From: an uncultured Gemmatimonadales bacterium
GTDB taxonomy: Bacteria; Gemmatimonadota; Gemmatimonadetes; Gemmatimonadales; GWC2-71-9
Assembly (NCBI GenBank): GCA_963730185.1
Contig: CAVSQW010000002.1
Span: forward strand, 32,001 to 96,000
Length of the DNA stretch: 64,000 bases
Reading direction: 5' to 3'
Shown here: positions 37,545 to 49,352 of the stretch, piece by piece
Numbering within the stretch: position 1 is the first letter of the stretch
Layout: every line of letters begins with the position of its first letter
Notes under the pieces: generated by a model
Told to the model about the DNA's origin: nothing
Databases searched by the model: none
The model's input: only the letters and a program-made list of their open reading frames with translations
Position numbers and translations under genes: made by a program

Positions 37545-38082
37545 GACCCTGCGTCGGACCGGCGGTCGTTCGCTCAAGTCCATCGTGTTCGAGGCCGAGA
37601 CGATCGGCGCTCGGGTTCGGGAGCTCGGGCAGCAGATCACCGATGCGTATCCGGACGGCGAGCTTCTCGTGCTCGGGTTGCTCAAAGGAAGCTTCATCTT
37701 CCTCGGCGACTTGGTGCGTCAGATCGAGCGGCCGCTGCAGGTGGACTTCCTGGCGGCGAGTTCGTACGGCCGCGGGACGACGTCGAGCGGGGACGTCTCA
37801 TTGCTCTACGATCCCGAGACCACGCTGGAAGGGAAGCACATCGTGTTGGTGGAAGACATCGTCGACAGTGGGAATACCATCCGGAAGCTGATCGGGATGC
37901 TCGAGTCCCGGCGCCCCCGGTCGCTCACCGTCTGCGCGCTGCTCGACAAGGAGGAGCAGCATCCCTCTTTTCCGGCTCTTCGATTCGTCGGCTTCAAGGC
38001 GCCCCCGGCGTTTCTCGTCGGCTATGGTCTCGACCACGCCGAGGATTTCCGGCACCTTCCCTTCATCGCGGATTTGATGTAG
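37528..38082 (+). CDS. hpt: Hypoxanthine phosphoribosyltransferase
   Basis: LKGSFIF, PRPP motif LVEDIVDSGNT, and FLVGYGLD. Confidence 0.95.
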   Translation: MPVQSETLRRTGGRSLKSIVFEAETIGARVRELGQQITDAYPDGELLVLGLLKGSFIFLGDLVRQIERPLQVDFLAASSYGRGTTSSGDVSLLYDPETTLEGKHIVLVEDIVDSGNTIRKLIGMLESRRPRSLTVCALLDKEEQHPSFPALRFVGFKAPPAFLVGYGLDHAEDFRHLPFIADLM

Positions 38083-40068
<1,986 letters not shown>

Positions 40069-40160
40069 GCCCGGGCTCATCCGCAAGTCCGTAACCCGAG
40101 AGAGGCGGTTGGCCCGAGCGGCGCCGCCTCTCGTCATTCACGCTCCCTCGATCCCTGGCG

Positions 40161-42557
40161 ATGCGTCCTCCTTACCGCGCCGCGCTCGTCGTCACCCTCC
40201 TGGTCCTCGCGGGATACGTCTTCTCGCTGGCGCCCTCGGTCACCTTCTGGGACGCCGGCGAGTTCATCGCGGCCATGAAGGGCCTGGGCATTCCCCATCC
40301 GCCCGGGACCCCGTTGTTCGTCCTGATGGGCCACGTCTGGGCGGGGCTGATCCCGTTCGGCGAATACGCCTGGCGTACCAATCTGCTGAGCGCCACGTTC
40401 AGCGCCGGCGCCGCCGGGTTCTGGTTCCTCGTCGTGCACGAGGCCCTGCTCCGGGCGATCCCGGGTGACGATCGGGCCGCCAACCGGCTCCGGATCGTCG
40501 GGGCCGGGGCGTCGGCTCTCCTGGCCGCCTTTACCTTCACCAATTGGCAGAACTCCAACGAAACCGAGGTCTACGCGGTCGCCTCGTTCATCGTCGGAGC
40601 GATCGCGTGGTCCTGCCTCCGGTGGCGGGCGGCCCGGGGCACCGATCGGGCCCGCCGGGCGCTCCTGATGATCGCCTACCTCCTGGGGCTCTCGATCGCC
40701 AATCACCTGCTGGCGCTCCTGGCCGGGCCGGCGGTCATCGCGTTCCTGGTGGCGGAGCTCCGGCTCCACCCGGCGGCGAGCGCCGAGGAGCGGCGCGGCG
40801 AGTGGGCTCGCGCCGCGGTCTTCGCCGGGCTTTGGGCGCTGCTGTTGGGCGTCGGGCTCGGCAGCCCGGGGATCGCGGTCGTGGGTGGGCTCGCCTTTCT
40901 GGCGGCCAGTGTCTTCGCGCTCCGGGCCGGGGCGCTGGGCTTCGCCCTCGTCGCGGTGGCGATCGCCTTGGTGGGCGTGACCCCCTACCTCTTTCTCTTC
41001 CTCCGCTCGGCCCAGCACCCGGTCCTCAACGAGGCGGCGCCGTCGACCTGGGACGCGCTGCTCGCCGTGATCCAGCGGGCCCAGTATCCGGTCCGGACAC
41101 CGTTCGACGATCCGACCCACCTCCACGGGCCAGACAACCCGGGGCGGACGCTCTCGATCATCGGGCTCCAGCTCCTCAACTACGTGCAGTACTTCGACTG
41201 GCAGTGGGCCAAGTCGCTGGCGGTCCAGTTCGCCGGGGTGCCGCTTCGCGTCATCGCGACCATCACCTTCTTCTCGCTCGGCCTCTACGGCGCCGGCGTG
41301 CACCGGCGGGCCGACCGGACCGGGTGGTGGTTGATCTTCACGCTCTGGCTGGTCACCGGGCTGGGCCTGGTCGGCTACATGAACTTCAAGCCGGGTTACA
41401 GCCTCGGCTATCAGCTCTTCCCCAGCTCGGGGCAGCACGAGGTCCGGGAGCGCGACTATTTCTTCGTGCTGAGCTTCGTGACCTGGGGCCTCTGGGCCGG
41501 GATGGGCCTCACCTCGCTGGTCCGTCAGGCGGGCGAAGCCGGCCGGGGGCTCAGGCAGGGAGCCTTCCTGGCCTTTGCCCTGGTGCTGGTCCCGCCGGTG
41601 CTCAACTTTCGCGAGGCCGATCGGGCCCACGGTCCCGACACCCACCTTCCCGGCGACTTCGCCTACGACCTCCTCAACTCGGCCCCACCGTACGGGATCC
41701 TCTTCACCTACGGCGACAACGACACCTTCCCGCTCTGGTGGGCCCAGGAGGTGGCGGGCATCCGGCAGGACGTCCGCGTGGTCTGCCTGGCGCTCTCCCG
41801 AACCGACTGGTACATGCGCCAGCTGCGGGAGAATCCGGAGCGTCCGTTCGCACGGGACCGGGCCCCGGCCATCTGGCGCGACAGCTCGGCCGAGCAGCCG
41901 ACCTGGCCGCTCCACAGCATGACCGACGAGGAGATCGCGGCCGCGGTGCCCCAGTATCTGCCCCGGGCCGTCCCGCTCCGGTTCGGACCCTACCGCGCCG
42001 TGCTCGACTCGGGCACGGTGCTCTATCCGGAAGACTTCGCCGTCATCCGCATCGTCCAGCAGAACTTCGGCCGACGGCCGGTGGTCTGGTCGCTGACGAC
42101 GGCGGGGAAGTACTTCGGGTTGGACGGCCTCATCGTCCAGAACGGCCTCGGTCTCGAGCTCCAGACCTCGCCCCCCGATACCACCAGCCCCGCCCTGGAC
42201 TTCAACGGCATGTTCGGCGTTCCGCTCGACGTGCCCACCACCCGCCGACTGGCGATGGAGACCTACCGCTACGGCGGGCTGCTCGAGTCGCCACCCTCGA
42301 CGCTCGAGTCCACGGCCGCCGGCATCGCCCAGACGCTGACGGTCCCACTGACCCAGCTCGCCCTGGCGGCCCGATCGCGGCACGACTACCAGGGCGCGAT
42401 CGGGTACCTCGAGCGGGCCGCCGCCATTACGCCCTCGGCCAGCGTGACCCAGCTGCTTGCCAGCCTCAGGGCAGAAGCCGCCAAGCCGGCCGCGACCGAC
42501 TCCGGCGGCGCGCCGGCCAAGGGCTCCGCCAGGGGGGTGGAAACACCGCGTCCCTGA
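40161..42557 (+). CDS. DUF2723 / TMEM260-like GT-C membrane glycosyltransferase
   Basis: FWDAGEF...GIPHPPGTPLF, ETEVY, RERDYFF, GDNDTFPLW and many TMs. Confidence 0.85.
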   Translation: MRPPYRAALVVTLLVLAGYVFSLAPSVTFWDAGEFIAAMKGLGIPHPPGTPLFVLMGHVWAGLIPFGEYAWRTNLLSATFSAGAAGFWFLVVHEALLRAIPGDDRAANRLRIVGAGASALLAAFTFTNWQNSNETEVYAVASFIVGAIAWSCLRWRAARGTDRARRALLMIAYLLGLSIANHLLALLAGPAVIAFLVAELRLHPAASAEERRGEWARAAVFAGLWALLLGVGLGSPGIAVVGGLAFLAASVFALRAGALGFALVAVAIALVGVTPYLFLFLRSAQHPVLNEAAPSTWDALLAVIQRAQYPVRTPFDDPTHLHGPDNPGRTLSIIGLQLLNYVQYFDWQWAKSLAVQFAGVPLRVIATITFFSLGLYGAGVHRRADRTGWWLIFTLWLVTGLGLVGYMNFKPGYSLGYQLFPSSGQHEVRERDYFFVLSFVTWGLWAGMGLTSLVRQAGEAGRGLRQGAFLAFALVLVPPVLNFREADRAHGPDTHLPGDFAYDLLNSAPPYGILFTYGDNDTFPLWWAQEVAGIRQDVRVVCLALSRTDWYMRQLRENPERPFARDRAPAIWRDSSAEQPTWPLHSMTDEEIAAAVPQYLPRAVPLRFGPYRAVLDSGTVLYPEDFAVIRIVQQNFGRRPVVWSLTTAGKYFGLDGLIVQNGLGLELQTSPPDTTSPALDFNGMFGVPLDVPTTRRLAMETYRYGGLLESPPSTLESTAAGIAQTLTVPLTQLALAARSRHDYQGAIGYLERAAAITPSASVTQLLASLRAEAAKPAATDSGGAPAKGSARGVETPRP

Positions 42558-42657
42558 GGCCCAGAAGACCCCGGATCTCGGTCCCGGGCCGCCGGGGGCC
42601 GACCGAGGTCGCTCCGCGCCCTGCCGGTCTGGATAAATCGTTCTATATTTGGGGGTT

Positions 42658-43344
42658 ATGGATTACCGGGGCGTTTCCGACCGCCTGGCCTGGGTCCGTG
42701 ACCAGATCGCCGAGCGCCAGATGCGGGGCGGGTGGTCGCACCCGGTTCAGGTCGTGGCGGTCACCAAGGGTCATCCGGTCGAGGCGGTCCAAGCCGCGCT
42801 CGACGCCGGACTACCGGATGTCGGTGAGAATCGGGTCCAGGAGGCCCTGGGCAAGCAGGCTCTGTGTCCCGACCCGAGGGTGCGGTGGCACCTGATCGGC
42901 CGCTTGCAGCGGAACAAGGCGAGGCAGGCCGTCGGCCGTTTCGTCCTGATCCACTCGGTCGACCGGCCGGAACTGGTGGTGGAGCTGGGTCGGCGCTGTC
43001 CGGAAGGGAGCCGGCAGCGGGTGCTGTTGGAGGTGAATTGCTCGGGAGAGCCGCAGAAGGGCGGGGCGGAGCCGGACGGGGTGCTGGCGTTGGTTCGCCA
43101 GGTGGCGGCGGAATCCCGATTGGCGTTTGGCGGCCTGATGACGATGGCCGCATTGAGCGAGGATGAAGCGGTGGCCCGATCGGCGTTTCGCCGGCTTCGG
43201 ACCGTGAAAGCGGAGGTGGAGGAGGCCGGGTTTCCGGTCGCCGATCTCTCCATGGGAATGTCGGGCGACTTTCCGGTGGCGGTCGAGGAAGGTGCCACGA
43301 TGATCCGACTCGGAACACTGCTGTTCGGGGAGCGAACGCAATGA
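42658..43344 (+). CDS. yggS: PLP homeostasis protein YggS
   Basis: AVTK, GENRVQEA, WHLIGRLQRNK, LSMGMSGD and EGATMIRLG. Confidence 0.95.
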   Translation: MDYRGVSDRLAWVRDQIAERQMRGGWSHPVQVVAVTKGHPVEAVQAALDAGLPDVGENRVQEALGKQALCPDPRVRWHLIGRLQRNKARQAVGRFVLIHSVDRPELVVELGRRCPEGSRQRVLLEVNCSGEPQKGGAEPDGVLALVRQVAAESRLAFGGLMTMAALSEDEAVARSAFRRLRTVKAEVEEAGFPVADLSMGMSGDFPVAVEEGATMIRLGTLLFGERTQ

Positions 43345-43892
43345 CCGACGAAGGCTTCCAACTCAGCGCGCACGATGTGCGTCACCAGGAGTTCCAGCGG
43401 AGTCTCCGCGGGTATGACATCACCCAGGTGGACGACTTCAAGGAGCGGATCGCGCAGGAGCTCGATCGACTCTGGCGGGAGCGGAGCCAGGGCAGCGATC
43501 GGGTCCAGAGCATGGTGGAGCAGCTCAAGGGCTTCCGAGATCGGGAACGGGCCATGAACGATGCCCTGATCGCGGCCCAGCAGCTCCGGGCCGACGTGCA
43601 GAGTCAGGCCGACAAGGAGGCGGAGCTGATCCTCCAGCGGGCCCGGGCCCAGGCCGACCAGCTCCTGGCGGAGGCCCGCACCGAGGCTCAGCGGATCGTC
43701 GATCATGCCAAGAACGAGGAGCAACGACTCCGTTACGCCAACGAGGCCATCCGACGACAGTTCCTGGCGTATCTGACCAGCTATCGCCGGATGCTGGAGC
43801 GCGAGCTCTCGGAGCTCGATGCCGTGGCATCCTCCGACCAGGCTCCGACCGGGTCGGTCGATTCCGAAGTCTCGTTCCGACGGCCCGCCTAA
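43341..43892 (+). CDS. DivIVA domain protein
   Basis: LSAHDVRHQEFQRSLRGYDITQVDDF followed by a coiled coil. Part of the yggS-divIVA-ileS synteny. Confidence 0.88.
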   Translation: MTDEGFQLSAHDVRHQEFQRSLRGYDITQVDDFKERIAQELDRLWRERSQGSDRVQSMVEQLKGFRDRERAMNDALIAAQQLRADVQSQADKEAELILQRARAQADQLLAEARTEAQRIVDHAKNEEQRLRYANEAIRRQFLAYLTSYRRMLERELSELDAVASSDQAPTGSVDSEVSFRRPA

Positions 43893-43897
43893 CGCGA

Positions 43898-46800
43898 ATG
43901 ACGTCGTTCCAGCGCTGGCCAGACGGAGGCCCCGACCGACTCGAGACCGAGGTGCTCGAGATCTGGAAGGCCGAGCATCTCTTCGCCCAGGTCCAGGAGG
44001 CGGGGCGGGGCAAGCCGCCGTTCGTCTTTTTCGAAGGTCCGCCCACCGCGAACGGCCGGCCTGGGATCCATCACGTCTTCTCCCGGACCATCAAGGACCT
44101 CTTCTGCCGGTTCCACGCCATGCGGGGGCGGTCGGTGACCCGGATCGCCGGATGGGACACCCACGGCCTCCCGGTCGAGATCGAGGTCGAGAAGCAGCTC
44201 AAGCTCACCGGCAAGAAGGACATCGAAGCCTATGGCGTGGAGGCGTTCAACCGGCTCTGTCGGGAGAACGTCTTCACCTACAAGCACGAGTGGGAAGCTC
44301 TGTCCGACCGGATCGGCTACTGGCTGGACTACGAGCGCCCCTACGTCACCTGCACCCCCGAGTACATCGAGTCGGTCTGGTGGCTGCTCCGCCGGCTGTT
44401 CGACAAGGGCCTCCTGGTCCGGGGCCACCGGGTGCTGCCGTACTGCCCCCGCTGCGGCACCGTGCTCTCGAGCCACGAGCTGTCGCTCGGCTACGAAGAG
44501 GTTCGGGACAAATCGATCTATGTAACGTTTCCACTCGAAGATGGCACCGGACGTGAGCTGGTGGTCTGGACCACCACACCCTGGACCCTGCCGTCCAACG
44601 TCGCCGCGGCCGTCCATCCCGACGAGGAGTACGGGACCTACCCGTTCTCCGACGGGCGCCGACTGGTTCTCGCCACCAGTCGGGCCGCGACCGTGCTGGG
44701 CGACGGCAAGAACCCGCCGCCCGCCCCCGAGGCGACCTATCCGGGGCGCGCGCTCCTGGGGCTGGAGTACCGGCGCGCCCTCGACGTGGTCCCGCTTCCC
44801 GACGACCGGACCCACTCGGTGGTCGTTCCCGGCGACTTCGTCACGTCGGAGGACGGCTCCGGCATCGTCCACATGGCGCCGGCGTTCGGCGCCGACGACT
44901 ACGCCATGGGCCAGACCCACGGCCTGGCCCTGGTCCGACCGGTCGCGGCCGACGGCACCTTCCAGGGAACCACCTGGCCCGAGCTGGAGGGACGGCTGGT
45001 CACCGCTGACGAGACCAACGAGCTCATCATCCGCGAGCTCAAGCGCCTGGGCCGGCACCTCAAGACCGAGCAGCATACCCACAGCTATCCCCATTGCTGG
45101 CGTTGCAAGAGCAAGCTGATCTACTACGCCCGCGACTCCTGGTTCGTCCGGACCTCCGCCGTCAAGGAACGGCTGGTCGAGCTCAACCGGGGCATCGACT
45201 GGCATCCGCCGGAGGTGGGGAGCGGACGGTTCGGCGGCTGGCTCGAGAACAACGTCGATTGGGCGCTCTCCCGGGACCGGTACTGGGGGACCCCGCTCCC
45301 CGTTTGGGTGTCCGACCGGGATCCGGCGGTGGTCGAGGTGATCGGGAGCTTCGAGGAGCTGGCGCGCAAGGTCGGCCGGACCCTGCCGGCCGACTTCGAC
45401 CCCCACAAGCCGTTCATCGACGAGTACACCTGGCCCGATCCGGCCGGCGGCACGATGCGCCGGGTGCCGGAGGTCATCGACACCTGGTTCGATTCGGGGT
45501 CGATGCCCTATGCCCAGTGGCACTACCCCTTCGAGCACGAGGCCGAGTTCGAGGCCCACTTCCCGGCCGACTTCATCTGCGAGGGCGTCGATCAGACCCG
45601 GGGCTGGTTTTACTCGCTCCTGGCCATCGGCGCGACGGTGTTCGAGCGAGCGCCCTATCGCCACGTGGTGGTCAACGAGCTGATCCTGGATGCCCAGGGT
45701 CAGAAGATGTCGAAAAGCCGGGGCAACGTGGTGGAGCCCTGGGAGGCGGTGCGGGAATTCGGGGCCGACACGGTCCGGCTCTACCTCCTGACGTCGAGTC
45801 AGGTATGGCTGCCGAAGCCGTTCGACCGGAGCGCCATTCCGGACGTGGCGGGTGGCTTCCTCAATACCCTCCGCCACACCTACGAGTTCTTCGCCCGTTA
45901 CGCGCCGACCGCCGGCCGCGACGCGCTGCCGCCGACCCGGGAGAGCGGGCTGCTCGATCGCTGGATCCGGAGCCGGCTGGCCGCCACGGTGCGGGTCAGC
46001 CACGCCGCGCTCGCCGGGTACGACGCGACCGCCGCGGTCCGCGCGATCATGGACTTCGTGGTCGACGACCTCTCCAACTGGTACGTCCGGCTCTCCCGGG
46101 CCCGCTTCTGGGCGCCCGACGCCGACGCCGATCCCCAGGCCGTGGCCACCCTCCGCGAGTGCCTGGTGACCGTCGCCCGGCTGCTCGCCCCGGCCGCGCC
46201 CTTCATCAGCGACTGGATCCATCGGGCCATCGAGGACACCAGCGTGCATCTGGCGCCGTATCCCGAGCCTGACCCGGCCCGCGAGGATCCCGAGCTGGAG
46301 CGGGCGATGGACGGCATCCGGCGGCTCGCGTCGCTGGGCCGGAGTGCCCGCGAGGCCGGGAACCTTCGGGTCCGCCAGACGCTCGGTGCCATGCGGGCCG
46401 CGGTTCCAGCCGGGGTTGACGGCGGCCGCTTCCGCGAGCTGCTCGGCCTCCTGGCGCAGGAAGTGAACGTGCGGACGGTCGAGGTCATGTCGTCGGATGC
46501 GGAGCTGGTCCGGCTTCGCGGGCGGGCGAACTTCCGCTCGCTCGGGAAGCGCTTCGCCAAGCGGACGCCGACGGTGGCCCGCTTGGTGGCGGAGCTCGAC
46601 CCGGCCGCGCTCCGGGTCCTGGAGGGCGGCGGCACCGCCACCGTGGCGCTCGACGGCGAGACGCTCGCCATCGAGCCGGACGACGTGGTGGTGGAGCGGG
46701 AGGTGGCGACCAGCTGGTTGGTGCAGAGCGCCGGCGCCTTCGTGGCGGCGGTCGACCCGGAGCTCACGGCCGAGCTCCGGCGGGATGGCTTGGCGAGGGA

Positions 46801-47071
46801 GATCGTGCATCGTGTCCAACGGCTCCGCAAGGACGCCGGTTTCGAATACACCACGCGCATTGCGCTGGCCGTCGAGGGGGACGACCCCGTCCTCGAAGCG
46901 GCGCGCGCGCATCAGACGTTCATCGAGGGCGAAACCCTGGCCCGGTCGCTCCGGGTCGGGCGACCGCTCGAGGGCTGGCAGGCTCGGGACGACGCCTCGA
47001 TCGACGACTATCACGTGACCCTGACGGTGGCCCCCTGGACCGGTGGGACCCCGGAGAACGCCGAGAGGTAG
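43898..47071 (+). CDS. ileS: Isoleucyl-tRNA synthetase, type 2
   Basis: EGPPTANG, signature GIHH, GWDTHGLP, WTTTPWTL, DQTRGWF, KMSKS and C-terminal REIVHRVQRLRK. Confidence 0.97.
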   Translation: MTSFQRWPDGGPDRLETEVLEIWKAEHLFAQVQEAGRGKPPFVFFEGPPTANGRPGIHHVFSRTIKDLFCRFHAMRGRSVTRIAGWDTHGLPVEIEVEKQLKLTGKKDIEAYGVEAFNRLCRENVFTYKHEWEALSDRIGYWLDYERPYVTCTPEYIESVWWLLRRLFDKGLLVRGHRVLPYCPRCGTVLSSHELSLGYEEVRDKSIYVTFPLEDGTGRELVVWTTTPWTLPSNVAAAVHPDEEYGTYPFSDGRRLVLATSRAATVLGDGKNPPPAPEATYPGRALLGLEYRRALDVVPLPDDRTHSVVVPGDFVTSEDGSGIVHMAPAFGADDYAMGQTHGLALVRPVAADGTFQGTTWPELEGRLVTADETNELIIRELKRLGRHLKTEQHTHSYPHCWRCKSKLIYYARDSWFVRTSAVKERLVELNRGIDWHPPEVGSGRFGGWLENNVDWALSRDRYWGTPLPVWVSDRDPAVVEVIGSFEELARKVGRTLPADFDPHKPFIDEYTWPDPAGGTMRRVPEVIDTWFDSGSMPYAQWHYPFEHEAEFEAHFPADFICEGVDQTRGWFYSLLAIGATVFERAPYRHVVVNELILDAQGQKMSKSRGNVVEPWEAVREFGADTVRLYLLTSSQVWLPKPFDRSAIPDVAGGFLNTLRHTYEFFARYAPTAGRDALPPTRESGLLDRWIRSRLAATVRVSHAALAGYDATAAVRAIMDFVVDDLSNWYVRLSRARFWAPDADADPQAVATLRECLVTVARLLAPAAPFISDWIHRAIEDTSVHLAPYPEPDPAREDPELERAMDGIRRLASLGRSAREAGNLRVRQTLGAMRAAVPAGVDGGRFRELLGLLAQEVNVRTVEVMSSDAELVRLRGRANFRSLGKRFAKRTPTVARLVAELDPAALRVLEGGGTATVALDGETLAIEPDDVVVEREVATSWLVQSAGAFVAAVDPELTAELRRDGLAREIVHRVQRLRKDAGFEYTTRIALAVEGDDPVLEAARAHQTFIEGETLARSLRVGRPLEGWQARDDASIDDYHVTLTVAPWTGGTPENAER

Positions 47072-47078
47072 AGCGCGG

Positions 47079-47462
47079 ATGACCAAGGACCAGTTGAAGC
47101 ACCTCGAGAAGCGATTGCTCGACGAGCGAGCGCGGGTGATGAAGGAGCTCGGCTTCTACGGCGACGCCTTCAACGCGACGCTCCAGGGCGGCGACGGCGA
47201 CCTGTCGTCCTACTCGTTCCACATGGCCGATCAGGGCACCGACACCATGGAGCGCGAAAAGCAGTTTCTCTTCGCCTCCCAGGAGGGCCGGTACCTCTGG
47301 CACGTGAACCAGGCGCTCCGTCGGCTGTACAACTCGCCCGACAAGTTCGGCCACTGCCACACGTGCGGGCAGCCGATCAGCTTCGAGCGGCTCGACGCCC
47401 TGCCGCACGCCCGGCTCTGCATTAGCTGCAAGGAGAAGGAAGAGGATGAAAAGCGGCGCTGA
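47079..47462 (+). CDS. TraR/DksA C4 zinc-finger protein
   Basis: HMADQGTD coiled-coil tip and CHTC...ERLDALP...CISC. Confidence 0.92.
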   Translation: MTKDQLKHLEKRLLDERARVMKELGFYGDAFNATLQGGDGDLSSYSFHMADQGTDTMEREKQFLFASQEGRYLWHVNQALRRLYNSPDKFGHCHTCGQPISFERLDALPHARLCISCKEKEEDEKRR

Positions 47463-47964
47463 CCCGCGCCGCGTGTTCTGGCCGATCGCCCTCGTCTGGG
47501 TCGGCCTCGACACCGTGACGAAGCGGTGGGCCGAACAGGCCCTGCTGCCGGTGCCCCCGATCCACGTGATCGGCGACTGGGTCCAGCTTCGTCTGGTCTA
47601 CAACCAGGGCGCCGCGTTCGGGCTCCATTTGGGCGCCTACTCCCGCTGGATCTTCCTGGTCGTGGCGGCGGCCGCGGTAGTCGGCATCGCCTGGAAGGCG
47701 CGGGACCCGTCGTGGGCCGAATGGCTCCGCCAGATCGCCGCCAGTCTGGTGGTGGGCGGGGCCGCAGGGAACCTGATCGATCGGATCCGGGGCTCCGCCG
47801 GCGTGGTCGACTTCATCGACGTGGGGGTCCACGCGCTCCGCTGGCCCACCTTCAACGTGGCCGACATCGGGGTGAGCTGCGGGGCCGTCGGGCTTGCCAT
47901 CTCGTTCTGGCTCGAGGACACCCGCCGGGCCCGCGAAGCGGCGCGGGCCCGAACCTCGGCCTGA
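47446..47964 (+). CDS. lspA: Lipoprotein signal peptidase II
   Basis: YNQGAAF, GNLIDR, VVDFID and FNVAD. Confidence 0.95.
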   Translation: MKSGADPRRVFWPIALVWVGLDTVTKRWAEQALLPVPPIHVIGDWVQLRLVYNQGAAFGLHLGAYSRWIFLVVAAAAVVGIAWKARDPSWAEWLRQIAASLVVGGAAGNLIDRIRGSAGVVDFIDVGVHALRWPTFNVADIGVSCGAVGLAISFWLEDTRRAREAARARTSA

Positions 47965-47971
47965 GGGCGTT

Positions 47972-48967
47972 CTGGCCACCACCCGGTTCACGGTCCTGGC
48001 CGACGAAACCGAGCGCCTCGACCGCTTCCTCGCCGATCAGCTGAGCTTCTCCCGAACCCAGGCCTCGCGGCTCGTGGCCGAGGGGCGGGTCCGGGTCAAC
48101 GACCTCCGGGCCCGGGCCTCGCGGCTGTTGGCGCGGGGTGACACGGTTGACGTCCGGATCGACGACGAGCGTCCGCCGCGGACGCTGGCCCCCCATCCAA
48201 TCCCGCTGAACGTGGTCTACGAAGACGAGTACCTGGCGGTCATCAACAAGCCGGCCGGGCTGGTGGTGCACCCGGCGCCGGGTCATTGGGACGACACCTT
48301 GGTCAACGCCTTGGTGGCCCGGGGGACGTCCCTGTCGGACGGGACCGGCGGCCGGCCGGGGATTGTCCACCGCCTCGATCGCGACACATCGGGGCTGATG
48401 TTGATCGCCAAGACCGACGTCGCCCATCGGAAGCTCGGCGCCGCCATCGCGGCTCGCCGGGTGGAGCGGTGTTATGCGGTGCTGGCCTGGGGGCACCTGC
48501 CGGAGTCGCCCCTCGACGTCAACGCCCCGATCGGCCGCCATTCCTCCGACCGAAAGCGGATGGTGGTGCGGGAGGACGGGCGGACCGCTCGGACCCGGTT
48601 CGAGGTCGTGGCCCGATTTTCGGTGGGGGAGTTGCTTCGGGCCAGGCTGGAGACCGGCCGGACCCACCAGATCCGGGTCCACCTGGCCCACGTGGGCCAC
48701 CCGGTGGTCGGCGACCCCGTGTATGGGGCCGGGGGGGCCCGTCGGATCACCGGGGGGGCCCGGAGTCTGGCGGAACGCCTCGAACGGGCGACGCCCCGCC
48801 AGGCCCTCCACGCGGCCCAGCTCCGGTTCCGCCACCCGATCACGGGGGCGGCCCTGGCCTTCGAGAGCGATTGGCCCGGGGATCTGGCCGAGTCGCTCCG
48901 AATCCTGCAACTTGTTGCAGATCAAGTTGATCCGCCTCATTGGCTGACATATCTTGGGTTCTTCTGA
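47972..48967 (+). CDS. rluD: RluA/RluD family pseudouridine synthase (start uncertain, possibly CTG)
   Basis: S4 domain RLDRFL, INKPAGLVVHP, HRLDRDTSG and GRTHQIRVH. Confidence 0.92.
   Translation: MATTRFTVLADETERLDRFLADQLSFSRTQASRLVAEGRVRVNDLRARASRLLARGDTVDVRIDDERPPRTLAPHPIPLNVVYEDEYLAVINKPAGLVVHPAPGHWDDTLVNALVARGTSLSDGTGGRPGIVHRLDRDTSGLMLIAKTDVAHRKLGAAIAARRVERCYAVLAWGHLPESPLDVNAPIGRHSSDRKRMVVREDGRTARTRFEVVARFSVGELLRARLETGRTHQIRVHLAHVGHPVVGDPVYGAGGARRITGGARSLAERLERATPRQALHAAQLRFRHPITGAALAFESDWPGDLAESLRILQLVADQVDPPHWLTYLGFF
48927..48955 (+). promoter_or_regulatory. Sigma70-like promoter for the che/mgl operon inside the rluD 3' end
   Basis: TTGATC-N17-TATCTT in an AT-rich patch, ending about 20 bp before the cheW ATG. 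Confidence 0.55.
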
Positions 48968-48974
48968 GCGGAGC

Positions 48975-49340
48975 ATGAGCGAGACACCAGCATCCCGGGC
49001 GGTCGTGTGCCAGGCGGGGGGGCAGCGCTTCGCGTTGGCGCTGGAAGACGTGCGCGAAGTTTGCACGGACGTACTGGTGGTCCCGATGCCGGGAGTTGCA
49101 GCTCCGGTCGAGGGTGTCGCGAATGTTCGCGGGACGGTGGTGACCGTGGTGCGCGCCGCCGACCTGCTGGGCGTGACGCCGACCCGATCGGGGCCCTCGC
49201 CGTGGCTGGTCGTTCTCCGATTTCGGGACGGACGAGTGGCCCTCGGCGTCGAGGACATCGAAGATCTGGCGCCGGTCGGGATCGGCTTGAGTCGATTGGC
49301 GGTCGACGCACACCTCGGTCCGCTGTTTGGATCGCGCTAA
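48975..49340 (+). CDS. cheW: CheW-like adaptor (short)
   Basis: FALALEDVREV, PMPG...VEGVANVRGTVVTVV and VALGVEDI. Confidence 0.85.
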   Translation: MSETPASRAVVCQAGGQRFALALEDVREVCTDVLVVPMPGVAAPVEGVANVRGTVVTVVRAADLLGVTPTRSGPSPWLVVLRFRDGRVALGVEDIEDLAPVGIGLSRLAVDAHLGPLFGSR

Positions 49341-49352
49341 CTGGAGGCTCTT

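Noticed and set aside
42574..42610. Hairpin between DUF2723 and yggS as an ncRNA or REP element
   Set aside because: It is short, not repeated elsewhere in the window, and resembles no RNA family I can recognise.
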